Shown here: piece after piece, positions 31,078 through 41,860 of the stretch
How the letters are laid out: the number at the start of each line of letters is the position of its first letter
Numbering within the stretch: position 1 is the stretch's first letter
From: an uncultured bacterium
GTDB taxonomy: Bacteria; Actinomycetota; Acidimicrobiia; Acidimicrobiales; VFJN01
Length of the DNA: 64,000 nucleotides
NCBI GenBank assembly: GCA_963756425.1
Contig: CAVWNW010000022.1
Span: 187,722-251,721 of the forward strand
Direction: 5' to 3'
Program-made: the position numbers and the translations under genes
Notes under the pieces: model-generated
What the model saw: only the letters and a program-made list of their open reading frames with translations
Databases searched by the model: none
Told to the model about the DNA's origin: nothing

Positions 31078-32217
31078 CTACGGCCGCAGCGGCGCGATGG
31101 CCGACGTCGTCGACGAGTTGGTTGGCGCCGTCGGACGGCCGCACGCCATCTCGGGTTGGCGATAGACGGTGCCGTCGGCCGGGATCACGATGTCGCCTCG
31201 GTCGTTGATGTCGTGAGCGACGGTGTCGGTCCGTTCGCCCGGAGCGACGATCGTGGTGTACTTCCCCTTGTCCCAGAGGAAGCCTCGGGTGTTGACGCCG
31301 TTGGGGTCGCCGTAGCCGCCGACGATGCGGCCGCGGTTGTCGATGCGGCTGGGCACGGTGAATGGTGAACCGGGCCGATCGATCCTCGTGAAGCGCCCGT
31401 TGGTCAGCAGGAAGCCTCGCCGTGTGCCGCCGGTGTCGTAGTGGCCGACCATCTGGCCGCGATCGTTGATGCCGGAGACCGTTGTGCCCTCGGCCCCGGG
31501 GAAGTCGATCGGGGTGAACCTGCCGCTGCGCATCACGAAGCCGCGGAGCCGACCGGTCTCGTAGTACGCGTAGGGGTCGAGGCCGGGGACCGCCTCGATG
31601 AAGGCTCCGACGACGTCGCCCCGATCGTTGACGCCGAGGGGCTGGGTCAGGGCGGCGCCGGGGGCATCGATGGTTGTCACGTCGCCACGCTGCGACACGA
31701 ACCCATGGACCGTCCCGAAGGGCAACCTGCCCCGCGTGCCCGGGACAGCGTCGGCTTCGATGTACTGGCCCACGACCTCAGTCCGGTCGTTGACGTCGTA
31801 GGCCAGGGTGAGGCGAGCGCCAGGGACATCGATCCGCGTGTGCCTACCCCGGCTGTCGCGCAGGACGGCGTGGTTTCCGACGATCGGATCGAAGCCAGGG
31901 GAGTCGGGCATGGCCCCGGCCTCGTAGTAGGCACCCACGGCCTGGCCCCGGTCGTTGATGCCGAAGTACGTGGTCGCTCGGGGATCGGACGAGGCGTCAG
32001 AGGGTGGCGCCAATGCTGTGAAGTCACTGCCGCGCAAGACCAGGTTGCCGCACGTGTCGGCTGGCGACAGCTCGCGGTCGGCGCCACGGCCCGGCTCCGC
32101 GAGGGGATCCGCCCCGTCGAGCGACGAGCAGGCCACGGGCAGCACGGACAAGGCGACGGCAGCCCCGAGCGCCTTCAACCCACGCCTTGTCCCATGTGGT
32201 CTACCCGGCGAATCCAT
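31078..32217 (-). CDS. Secreted lipoprotein with HAF-type extracellular repeats
   Basis: Lipobox-like PVAC; six repeats GINDRGQAVG, DVNDRTEVVG, GVNDRGDVVG, GINDRGQMVG, IDNRGRIVG, DINDRGDIV, several followed by HGF/RGF. Confidence 0.85.
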   Translation of the reverse strand: MDSPGRPHGTRRGLKALGAAVALSVLPVACSSLDGADPLAEPGRGADRELSPADTCGNLVLRGSDFTALAPPSDASSDPRATTYFGINDRGQAVGAYYEAGAMPDSPGFDPIVGNHAVLRDSRGRHTRIDVPGARLTLAYDVNDRTEVVGQYIEADAVPGTRGRLPFGTVHGFVSQRGDVTTIDAPGAALTQPLGVNDRGDVVGAFIEAVPGLDPYAYYETGRLRGFVMRSGRFTPIDFPGAEGTTVSGINDRGQMVGHYDTGGTRRGFLLTNGRFTRIDRPGSPFTVPSRIDNRGRIVGGYGDPNGVNTRGFLWDKGKYTTIVAPGERTDTVAHDINDRGDIVIPADGTVYRQPEMACGRPTAPTNSSTTSAIAPLRP

Positions 32218-32453
32218 GCTGGCGTCCTTCCGACCATCGAAGCGATGCCCACCCGCTGGATGTTCGGATCCACCTCGACGGCCGGATCAGTCTGCGCACG
32301 GTGGTCGGAGCGGCTCGATGGCCACTGCCGTCATCCGAAGTCCGGTTCGGATACGTAGGGGTGGCGGGACCGGTCGTGCATCCGCGACGGCTCCACGCCC
32401 CACAGGGCTGACACCTCGACCGATCCCCTCACACACCGCTCAGGAGATCAACG

Positions 32454-32714
32454 ATGCGAAAGACTCTTCTCTCCCTCGGGACGACCGCAGCCGCGGGCGC
32501 AACCGCGCTCATGCTGGCTACGGCTGCCTCCCCGCCGAACGCCGAGGGCGAGTCCGACACGGCGACCGTCTGCAACACAGGGAACGGCGAGAACGTGTGC
32601 GTCGCGGGCTTGGACGTCGACCTCGTGTCCGCGAGGCCGGCGAACGACAAGGAGGCGCACGTACCGATCTGGTTCACGTTGAGCATTGGCGGCGCCGAGG
32701 CCGCTGGCTTCTAG
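32454..32714 (+). CDS. Small secreted peptide A (86 aa); C-terminus resembles the N-terminus of a tail-tube protein
   Basis: RBS AGGAG; leader MRKTLLSLGTTAAAGATALMLA; CNTGNGENVC; ends VSARPANDKEAHVPIWFTLSIGGAEAAGF. Confidence 0.8.
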   Translation: MRKTLLSLGTTAAAGATALMLATAASPPNAEGESDTATVCNTGNGENVCVAGLDVDLVSARPANDKEAHVPIWFTLSIGGAEAAGF

Positions 32715-32764
32715 TCCTTGCCGGCTGACATCCAACGGATGGCTACACCAGTCAGGAGATCACT

Positions 32765-33010
32765 GTGGGATTGCGAAAGACCCTGCTAACCCTCGGGACC
32801 GCCGCCGCCGCCACCGCAGCGATTGCCCTCACGGTCGAAATGGGCACCTCCCCCGAGGAGGGCCGCCGTCAGGCCGACGAGGGCACCGAGATGAAGGTCG
32901 CCCGTGTCGAGAGGAGCCCCGAGTCCGGGGCCGAGTACGCCTACGCGTGGCCGAAGAAATACACGGGCGTTGGCCTCAAGGCCGACTCCAACGAAGTGGC
33001 GCTCGATTAG
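32765..33010 (+). CDS. Small secreted peptide B (81 aa); C-terminus resembles the C-terminal motif of a tail-tube protein
   Basis: RBS AGGAG; leader LRKTLLTLGTAAAATAAIAL; ends AWPKKYTGVGLKADSNEVALD. Confidence 0.8.
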   Translation: MGLRKTLLTLGTAAAATAAIALTVEMGTSPEEGRRQADEGTEMKVARVERSPESGAEYAYAWPKKYTGVGLKADSNEVALD

Positions 33011-33073
33011 TGGCCGATCACCGGCAGCCGCTCGAGCTAGGCGGCCGCGGCCGTCGTCGTCGGCCCGAGCATC

Positions 33074-34600
33074 GTGGTTGACGTCTCGGCGGGCTCACAC
33101 ACTTCGGGTCGTCCGTTGGCTGGCGAGGATGGTTGCCACGTCTCGTTACTCGCCGACGATGCGCCTCGCCGCGTACGCGAGGTCCTCGATCGGGCCGGCT
33201 ACTCGCGCCAGCGGATCGCGGAGACGCTTGGCGTGGACGACATCCGGGCGCTCGACGGGGTCCCGGGGCCAGTGCTGGTCCGTAGGGTCGGCGAGGGAAC
33301 CCCGCTCGAGCTGCTCATCCGGCTACTTCTCCTCGGCGTAGTTGTCGATCGCGACGCCGCCCGCACCGCCCTCCGTCCGATGACGATCGAGGCGTGGGAG
33401 GCGCTCGGGCTGATCGAGATCACCGCCGGGGTCGTGCGCGCGTCCTACCGGGTGGTGCCTCACGACGACCTGCTGCTCCTCAGCGACTGGCCGGTGTCAC
33501 CGATGCGGCCGCTCCTGCCCGACCATGTGCTCGGGCCGAACCCGTCGGCGTCGCTGCTGGCCAACTTCACGGTCAGGCCCCGCGTCGGCTCGGTGCTGGA
33601 CCTCGGAGCCGGGTGCGGGATCCAGTCCCTGCTCGCCGCCCGCCACGCGGACCGGGTGGTCGCCAGCGACCTGAACCCGCGGGCCGTCACGATTGCGTCG
33701 TTCAACGCCGCGCTCAACCACGTCGCGGTCGACTGCATCGAGGGCGACCTGTTCGAGCCCGTGCGCGGCCAGCGTTTCGACCTGGTCGTCTCGAATCCCC
33801 CCTTCGTGATCTCGCCCACTGCCAGCTTCCTGTTCCGCGACAGCGAGTTGGGAGGTGAAGGGATCGGGCGCACGATCATCTCGAAAGTCGCCGGGCTGCT
33901 GAACGAGCGCGGCTTCTGCCAGCTGCTCACGAACTGGGCGCACATCGAAGGTGTCGACTGGACCGAGCGCATCGAGCAAGCGTTCGAAGGCTGCGGCTGC
34001 AACGCCTGGGTGCTGGCGGTCCATCACGCCGAGCCGGACGTCTACGCCAGCCGCTGGATCCAGCACCTGGAGCGGACCCCCGAGGCCGTCGGTGATGCCC
34101 TGGAGGAGTGGATGCGCTACTACGAGCGCGAGCGCATCAGTGGAATCAGTTGGTGCGTGGTCACGATGCGCCGAGCCACCGGCCCCCGGACCTGGTTCGA
34201 GCTGGACGAGGTGCCGGAGGCCATTCGCTCCCCCGTGGGCGACCACCTGCTGCGCTGCTTCGAGGCACGGGAGCTCCTCGATGGCCTCGGCGACGACGCG
34301 CTCTTGGACCTGCGCCCCCGCCTCGCGCCAGAAACCCGCCTGGAGCAGCACTTCACCCCCGCACCCGAGGGCTGGGCGCCCGGCGAGGCGCAGCTGCGAC
34401 TGACCGGGGGGCTTCCCCTCGATCTCGCGGTGGACGCGGACGTCGCGAACCTGCTGGTCCGCTGCGACGGCAGCCTGCCGCTGCGCGAGCTGCTGGCGCG
34501 CGCGGCCGCAGCCACCGGCGCGCCCGCCGACACCATCGCCCGCCAGGGCGCCGCTGCGACGAGGCATCTCATCGCGGCAGGGTTCCTCCTTCCCACATAG
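33074..34600 (+). CDS. Class I SAM-dependent methyltransferase (HemK/MTS-like) with C-terminal PqqD/wHTH-like region
   Basis: VLDLGAGCGIQ, SDLNPRA, GDLFEPV, VVSNPPF; tail LLVRCDGSLPLRELL...RHLIAAGFL. Confidence 0.88.
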   Translation: MVDVSAGSHTSGRPLAGEDGCHVSLLADDAPRRVREVLDRAGYSRQRIAETLGVDDIRALDGVPGPVLVRRVGEGTPLELLIRLLLLGVVVDRDAARTALRPMTIEAWEALGLIEITAGVVRASYRVVPHDDLLLLSDWPVSPMRPLLPDHVLGPNPSASLLANFTVRPRVGSVLDLGAGCGIQSLLAARHADRVVASDLNPRAVTIASFNAALNHVAVDCIEGDLFEPVRGQRFDLVVSNPPFVISPTASFLFRDSELGGEGIGRTIISKVAGLLNERGFCQLLTNWAHIEGVDWTERIEQAFEGCGCNAWVLAVHHAEPDVYASRWIQHLERTPEAVGDALEEWMRYYERERISGISWCVVTMRRATGPRTWFELDEVPEAIRSPVGDHLLRCFEARELLDGLGDDALLDLRPRLAPETRLEQHFTPAPEGWAPGEAQLRLTGGLPLDLAVDADVANLLVRCDGSLPLRELLARAAAATGAPADTIARQGAAATRHLIAAGFLLPT

Positions 34601-34849
34601 CCCCCCAGTCGATCGTCATAACGGGACGATCACCGAACCGCTGAGCGACGTTCGCGCCCGACCGCTCCGCGCCCTGCACGACGGAGCGACGGCGGAGGCA
34701 CCGAATTGACGACACCCACGCAGAGTCGCGGTCGTTCCCGTCCGTTCATCCCGATACCACCCCACGTCGAGTCACGACGGAATGGCGCGAGGTGACTGCA
34801 GACATACTTCGGATCCTCGTTTAACACGCTCTGACCTGGGAGGAACCTC

Positions 34850-34880
34850 TTGACACAGCGGGCTGTAGCGGTCATAGGGT
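34850..34880 (+). promoter_or_regulatory. Possible sigma-70 promoter for the ferritin-like gene
   Basis: TTGACA(34850-55)-19 nt-TAGGGT(34875-80) with a short dyad ACAGC-GG-GCTGT. Confidence 0.35.
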
Positions 34881-34997
34881 GGGTTCCGCGTGATGTCAGG
34901 TGTGCCACGTCGCGCGGAGCAATAGCGACAAGAGCAGGTCCCTTGGTCGGCGTGTGGCCGCCGCCTCGCGTCGGAGCACTCACGGCAGGAAGAAAAG

Positions 34998-35603
34998 GTG
35001 AAAGCGGCGATGTCCTTCTTTTCTGATGTCAAAACGGTGGAAGCGCGAGTGCAGGAAGCGATGCAGGACGGCCCGGTCACGCCGTATTACACGCTGCCGC
35101 TCGACAAGGTCTACGAGGTGCTAAACGGAGCTTTGGCATCCGAGATTGTCTGTGTGCTTCGTTACAAACAGCATTACTACATGACGACGTCGATCCACCA
35201 AGAGCAGCTCCAAAACATGTTCAAGGAGCACTGGGAGGATGAAGAAGAGCACCTAGAGCGGATCGCCGAGCGCATCAAGCAACTCGGCGGCGTTCCCAAC
35301 TTAGATCCGAACGACATTTCTACGCGTGCGTTCTCAAGGTTTGAGAGCGGGCACACGCTCGCCGATCTCCTCAAAGAGGATCTCCTAGCCGAACGGGTCG
35401 TGATCAAGATATACGGCGATATCGTCACCTTCTTCGGGGACGCCGACCCGGTCAGCCGCCGGATGTTCGAGGATATCCTCGAAGACGAACAAGATCACGC
35501 AGACGAAATCGCGGACCTGCTCTACACGGTCGATCCCGAGACCGGTGAGACCATCGAGCAGTTTACGGGAGACTCCACGTTCAAACGCGTGAACCTCTCG
35601 TAA
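34998..35603 (+). CDS. Ferritin-like/bacterioferritin protein
   Basis: LNGALASEIVCVLRYKQHY, EEEHLERIAERIKQLGG, EDLLAER, DEQDHADE; start may be ATG 35010. Confidence 0.88.
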   Translation: MKAAMSFFSDVKTVEARVQEAMQDGPVTPYYTLPLDKVYEVLNGALASEIVCVLRYKQHYYMTTSIHQEQLQNMFKEHWEDEEEHLERIAERIKQLGGVPNLDPNDISTRAFSRFESGHTLADLLKEDLLAERVVIKIYGDIVTFFGDADPVSRRMFEDILEDEQDHADEIADLLYTVDPETGETIEQFTGDSTFKRVNLS

Positions 35604-35847
35604 GTACAATACGGGCAGGATTTGTTAGCGGACCGCGCTGATTTCCATGGGCTTACGCGCCTGAACGGCGTCTGCCAGCACCTCCGTGGTGGCCCGCAGA
35701 GACTCGAGCCGGCGGCCTGCCGCTGAGGCGCCGCTGAGCCGCTACCGATCGTCCTGGGGTTACACACCCGGCCCCGAACGGGTACAGATGTGTGGCAGAG
35801 GGGGGCGAGAGTGCCCTGAAGTTCTCCTACCGCCCGAAGGAGACATC

Positions 35848-37868
<2,021 letters not shown>

Positions 37869-37938
37869 CGGCCCGAACCCTGCGAGGCCCGCGGTCGCGT
37901 CGTCGAGTTGAACGGCCCACGGGCCTGCTACCCGCTTC

Positions 37939-38277
37939 TCACGATCCGGGCGCGGCCCGGGCCATACGGGCGGCAACGAGGTGAGGAAGGACCTCGGACG
38001 TGAAGTGCTGCGCGGGGTCGGCGTGGCCGATGGCGGTATCGACGATGACACCGCCTCGGGATGCCGCCGCCGCCCGTAGCCGCTCGCGAGCCGCGTCCGA
38101 GACCGAGCCACCCGCCACGACCGCCAGCAGACCGTCGCTTCCCGCGATTGCCCGTAGCGCGTCCGCCTCGGTGAAGACGCCGACGACCGTGAAGCCGTGC
38201 CGTTCCAGGACCGAGGTCGCCGCTCGCATCTTCTCGGGGGACCGACCTACGACCACCACGGTCGACTCCGGTGCCAT
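37939..38277 (-). CDS. Small flavodoxin/receiver-fold-like hypothetical protein
   Basis: MAPESTVVVVGRSPEKMRAATSVLERHGFTVVG...AVVAGGSV; ATG 7 nt after a -10 box. Confidence 0.7.
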   Translation of the reverse strand: MAPESTVVVVGRSPEKMRAATSVLERHGFTVVGVFTEADALRAIAGSDGLLAVVAGGSVSDAARERLRAAAASRGGVIVDTAIGHADPAQHFTSEVLPHLVAARMARAAPGS

Positions 38278-38284
38278 GATGAGA

Positions 38285-38315
38285 ACGCTACGACCTAAAG
38301 CTGACTTCAAGTCAA
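38285..38315 (-). promoter_or_regulatory. MerR/SoxR-type promoter with 19-bp spacer, leaderless transcript
   Basis: TTGACT-tgaagtcagctttaggtcg(19)-TAGCGT-7nt-ATG; imperfect dyad GACTTGAAG-TCAG-CTTTAGGTC. Confidence 0.7.
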
Positions 38316-38698
38316 CCCCAGCTACCTCGAGCCCGCGGCCCGACGTGGTACGTCGTCACACCGACGTAGTCCCGGTGCCGCTACGGGTGACGTGATCCTG
38401 ACTGCCTAGAACGTGGCCTAGGCATCGACAGGCAGATGGCGGTGATCGTCGAGTGATCGCGCGGCCCACACCGGAACGTGCACGTGGCTTCCATCGGACC
38501 GCGTGCGAATGATTCACCGCTGCCCGCGAGCGTCGATTGACTCGGTCCGGAACCGCTCAGCGTGCCACGCTGATTGCCCTGCGCTGTCGTCGGGCGCCGC
38601 CTGACGGATCCGCAGTCACTTCCGCCGCCGCCATCACCAGAGCCACCGCATCCGGGTCGTAGTCTCACGCCTTGCTTGACTGAGGAGGTCGCACCGTT

Positions 38699-39292
38699 GT
38701 GCTAGCGCAATCCAACAGGGAAGACCTGAAGACAGTGACCGGGAGCTGGGGGTGGTTCCTAGCCGCTGGTATCGGCTGGATCGTCTTTTCCTTCTTCGTG
38801 CTGTCGTTCAACTACCGGACCGTGTGGGCCATCGCTCTGTTCTTCGGCATCGGCTTCATCATGGGCGGGCTCATGGAGTTTGCCGTCGCCGCGGTGGCCC
38901 CGGGCTGGAAGTGGCTATACATCGCCATCGGGATCGTGTCGATCGTCGCCGGGGTCATCGCCCTCGCGTGGCCGGGTCAGACCTTCCTGGTGCTCAGTGC
39001 CCTCGCCGGGTGGCTCCTTTTCTTCTACGGGATCATCGACGTCGTCTTTGCTTTCAGCACACGACGGGTCGAGAGCCTCTGGTGGACGCAGCTCGTTACC
39101 GGGATCATCATGGTCCTCCTGGGATTCTGGGCGATCAGTCCGGACGCCCAGACCGTGTCGACCTACCGGGGGTCGGTGCTGCTCGTCGTCTGGATCGGGG
39201 TGGCGGCACTCTTCCGTGGCATCTCGGACACCATCGTCGGCTTCCGGCTGCGTTCCACGCACGCCGACCTCGGAGGGCCCGCCCCCGCCTGA
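38699..39292 (+). CDS. HdeD/DUF308-family membrane protein
   Basis: Six hydrophobic helices, WGWFLAAGI, GVIALAWPG; RBS GAGGAGG. Confidence 0.82.
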   Translation: MLAQSNREDLKTVTGSWGWFLAAGIGWIVFSFFVLSFNYRTVWAIALFFGIGFIMGGLMEFAVAAVAPGWKWLYIAIGIVSIVAGVIALAWPGQTFLVLSALAGWLLFFYGIIDVVFAFSTRRVESLWWTQLVTGIIMVLLGFWAISPDAQTVSTYRGSVLLVVWIGVAALFRGISDTIVGFRLRSTHADLGGPAPA

Positions 39293-39421
39293 CCGCCAGC
39301 GAGTCCAGGCGCTTCAACCCGTTGGCGAGAGGCGCTCGACCCGGATGTCCGCGATCGGAGTGCCGGCACCGACCACCAGGTCGCTGGCCGCGTCCGCGAA
39401 CGAGGTCGAACCACAGACCGA

Positions 39422-40138
39422 CTAGGCGCCGACGAGCCGCAGGACGTCGTCGGGCGTCGCGGAGCCGTCGTGGATGAGCTGGCCGTCGCGCAGTGCGACG
39501 CAGCGGTCGACCCGCTCCACGTAGAGCGGGTCATGGGTGGCGACCACTACGGCGGCGCCGTCGCGGTGGGCCTGGTCGAGCAACGCGAGCAACGCCTGTT
39601 TCCCGGGTGCGTCGAGACCCACGAACGGCTCGTCGACCAGCAGCACGTCGAGCGGTCGGACGAGGCCGAGCGCGATCGACGTCTTCTGCCGCAGGCCCCG
39701 GCTGAAGCGAGCCGGCAGGTCGTCGGCACGGTGCAGCAGGCCGATCCGGTCGAGCAGGTTGTCGAAGGCGTCGACCGGCGCGTCGACTCCGTGGAGCGCC
39801 GCGATGTACGCCAAGTGCTCACGGACGCTCAGGTCGTCGTAAAGCACGGGGTCGTCGGGTATGAAACTGACGGACGCCCGCGCGGTTGACGTGCCGGCTG
39901 GGGCACCTGCGACCTCGATCGACCCGTCGCTCAGCTCGAGCAGGCCCGCGGCCGTAGCCAGGAACGTCGACTTGCCCGAGCCGTTGTGCCCAACCAGCGC
40001 CACACGCTCACCGGCGCGGATGGCGAGGTCGAGCGGGCCCAGGGCCACGAGATCGCCGTACGACTTCGCCGCCGCGGTGGCGACCAGGATCGGGGGCGGA
40101 CCCGGCGGCACCGACTTGCGTCGCTTATCACGCCGCAT
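39422..40138 (-). CDS. ABC transporter ATP-binding protein
   Basis: GHNGSGKS, FSRGLRQK, LLVDEPFVGLD, ATHD. Confidence 0.92.
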   Translation of the reverse strand: MRRDKRRKSVPPGPPPILVATAAAKSYGDLVALGPLDLAIRAGERVALVGHNGSGKSTFLATAAGLLELSDGSIEVAGAPAGTSTARASVSFIPDDPVLYDDLSVREHLAYIAALHGVDAPVDAFDNLLDRIGLLHRADDLPARFSRGLRQKTSIALGLVRPLDVLLVDEPFVGLDAPGKQALLALLDQAHRDGAAVVVATHDPLYVERVDRCVALRDGQLIHDGSATPDDVLRLVGA

Positions 40139-41783
40139 GGGCGGTGTCCTCCTCTCGCTGCTTCCCAGCCGGGAACGCCTGGTCCATCGCCGCCTTCCAC
40201 CACGCATGCATCCGGTCACGCATCCGCAGCCAGCCGCCAACGAGCACGAACATCACCACCACACCGACTGTCGCCGCACCGGCGGCGGAAGGTACGGGCC
40301 GGCCGTTCTCGGCCGCGGCACGCGCGGCCAGCACGGGGAGCGTCCCGAGGACGGCCAGCGCAAGCGGCCAAGCGGCACGCACAACGATGCGCATCCCAGC
40401 AACCTCCGGTGGCACCAGTGTCCAGGCGTCACCAGTCGACACGTCGGGCATGCCGCTCACCAGGCTCGTCACCGCACCCGCCACCGATCCCAGCGCTGCG
40501 GGCACCACACAGATCGCCGCTACCGCCAACGCGCCCTGGGACGGCTCGACCAGCAGCGCCGCCGCCGCAGCAACCACGGCGACGACCACCATCACGACGA
40601 CGCTGACGGCCAGGTGGCGCACGTGGACCTCGGCCCGTTCGATCGGGACGGATCGCGATCGGGTGGGGTGGTCGATCTCCTGTGCCAACGGCTCGACCGC
40701 GTCGAGGCCGGCGACATAGAGCGCCACGCCCGCGACGGCCAACAGCGGGGTCGTACCCGCCCAGACACCTCGCAGCGCCAGGCCGGCGGCGACGGCGAGC
40801 AGCACCATCCGGCCGACCCGAGCTGCCGGCCACCGCAGCACTCCACGCCAGCCGCGCGTCCAGACTGGGAAGCGTCCGGTCCCCCGCACGTCCAACCGCA
40901 CCCACGGCCGCAGCCGCGGCAGCTCCATCGCCAGCTGCCGCCGCAGCACGATCACCGTTCGCAGGTCCTGCAACGTGGCGGCGAACCGGAGTTGGCCCAC
41001 CAGCGTCGACCGGCGCTCCGCTGCCTCAACCGACACCTTGCCCACCCGGACGAGCCCGACCGCCACCACGGCGAGCGACACCATCATCGCCACGAGCCCC
41101 CACACATTGAACGTCTCAGGCCAAAGGCCGATACGGCCCCACGCGGTGAGCGGCGAACCGCCGACCACCCCGAGCCCGTCGGCCACCGCCAGTGCCCCGA
41201 GCCCGACGCTGACCAGCGTGGCGAGCCACGACGGCAGCCGCGCGGCCGATGCGCACAACGCAACGCCGTACGCCAATACAACTGTGCTGACGGCGAACAG
41301 CGCCCCGCAGACCATCCAGACGGCGGCGTGGTGTTCGAGCCGCCGCGACGCCAAAAGGCCCGCCACCACGCCGACAACGGAAGCCACGAACAGAAGGAAG
41401 CGAAGCTGGCGCAGTACCGGACCTCGGACGGCCGTGGCGCGGTCGACGGGGGCCAGCAGGACGTGGCGCACCTCGGCACGCTCGAGGGCGAGTGGGCCGC
41501 CCCGACTGCCCGACCGCAGGCCGATGGCCAGCGCAACGGCAACGACCGCCCCCAGCCAGTCGGCGCCCTCAGCCGCCACCCTGGCCGTCTGGCTGGTGGT
41601 GAGCGGACTGTCGCCGACAGCGGCGGCCAGCAAGTACAGCGCGATGGCGCCGAAGATCGCGGTCACGTAAGCCTGGTACATGGCGTCGATCCAATGGACG
41701 TCGGCCAGCCGCTTGCGCCGCCGGTAGCGACGCCACTCGGCGAGCGCAAGCTCCAGGTCAGCCTCGGGCTCTGCGGTCAACAC
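40128..41783 (-). CDS. Polytopic membrane protein, probable ABC exporter permease
   Basis: About 12 TM segments; GGPLAL...VLLAPV; overlaps the ATPase gene. Confidence 0.8.
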   Translation of the reverse strand: MLTAEPEADLELALAEWRRYRRRKRLADVHWIDAMYQAYVTAIFGAIALYLLAAAVGDSPLTTSQTARVAAEGADWLGAVVAVALAIGLRSGSRGGPLALERAEVRHVLLAPVDRATAVRGPVLRQLRFLLFVASVVGVVAGLLASRRLEHHAAVWMVCGALFAVSTVVLAYGVALCASAARLPSWLATLVSVGLGALAVADGLGVVGGSPLTAWGRIGLWPETFNVWGLVAMMVSLAVVAVGLVRVGKVSVEAAERRSTLVGQLRFAATLQDLRTVIVLRRQLAMELPRLRPWVRLDVRGTGRFPVWTRGWRGVLRWPAARVGRMVLLAVAAGLALRGVWAGTTPLLAVAGVALYVAGLDAVEPLAQEIDHPTRSRSVPIERAEVHVRHLAVSVVVMVVVAVVAAAAALLVEPSQGALAVAAICVVPAALGSVAGAVTSLVSGMPDVSTGDAWTLVPPEVAGMRIVVRAAWPLALAVLGTLPVLAARAAAENGRPVPSAAGAATVGVVVMFVLVGGWLRMRDRMHAWWKAAMDQAFPAGKQREEDTAHAA

Positions 41784-41860
41784 CGAAGGGCGACGCTACC
41801 CGCACCGCACGTGCCATCGACTTCGCCGTTGCCGAGCGCGGCGAGGGTCTCCGGCGTGGA

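Larger units (their letters stand above)
32406..33010 (+). repeat. Tandem duplicated mini-gene cassette (two units, about 317-bp period)
   Basis: GGCTGACA at 32406 and 32723; TCAGGAGATCA at 32440 and 32752; TGCGAAAGAC...CCCTCGGGAC in both leaders; 3' halves unrelated. Confidence 0.8.

Noticed and set aside
32454-33010. Peptides A+B as one split or frameshifted tail-tube gene
   Set aside because: Each has its own RBS, leader and stop, and the central part of a tube protein (including the LKRG-type motif) is absent
32454-34600. Known RiPP class (lanthipeptide, lasso, radical SAM, YcaO)
   Set aside because: No class-defining enzyme, protease or exporter adjacent; leaders look like Sec signals
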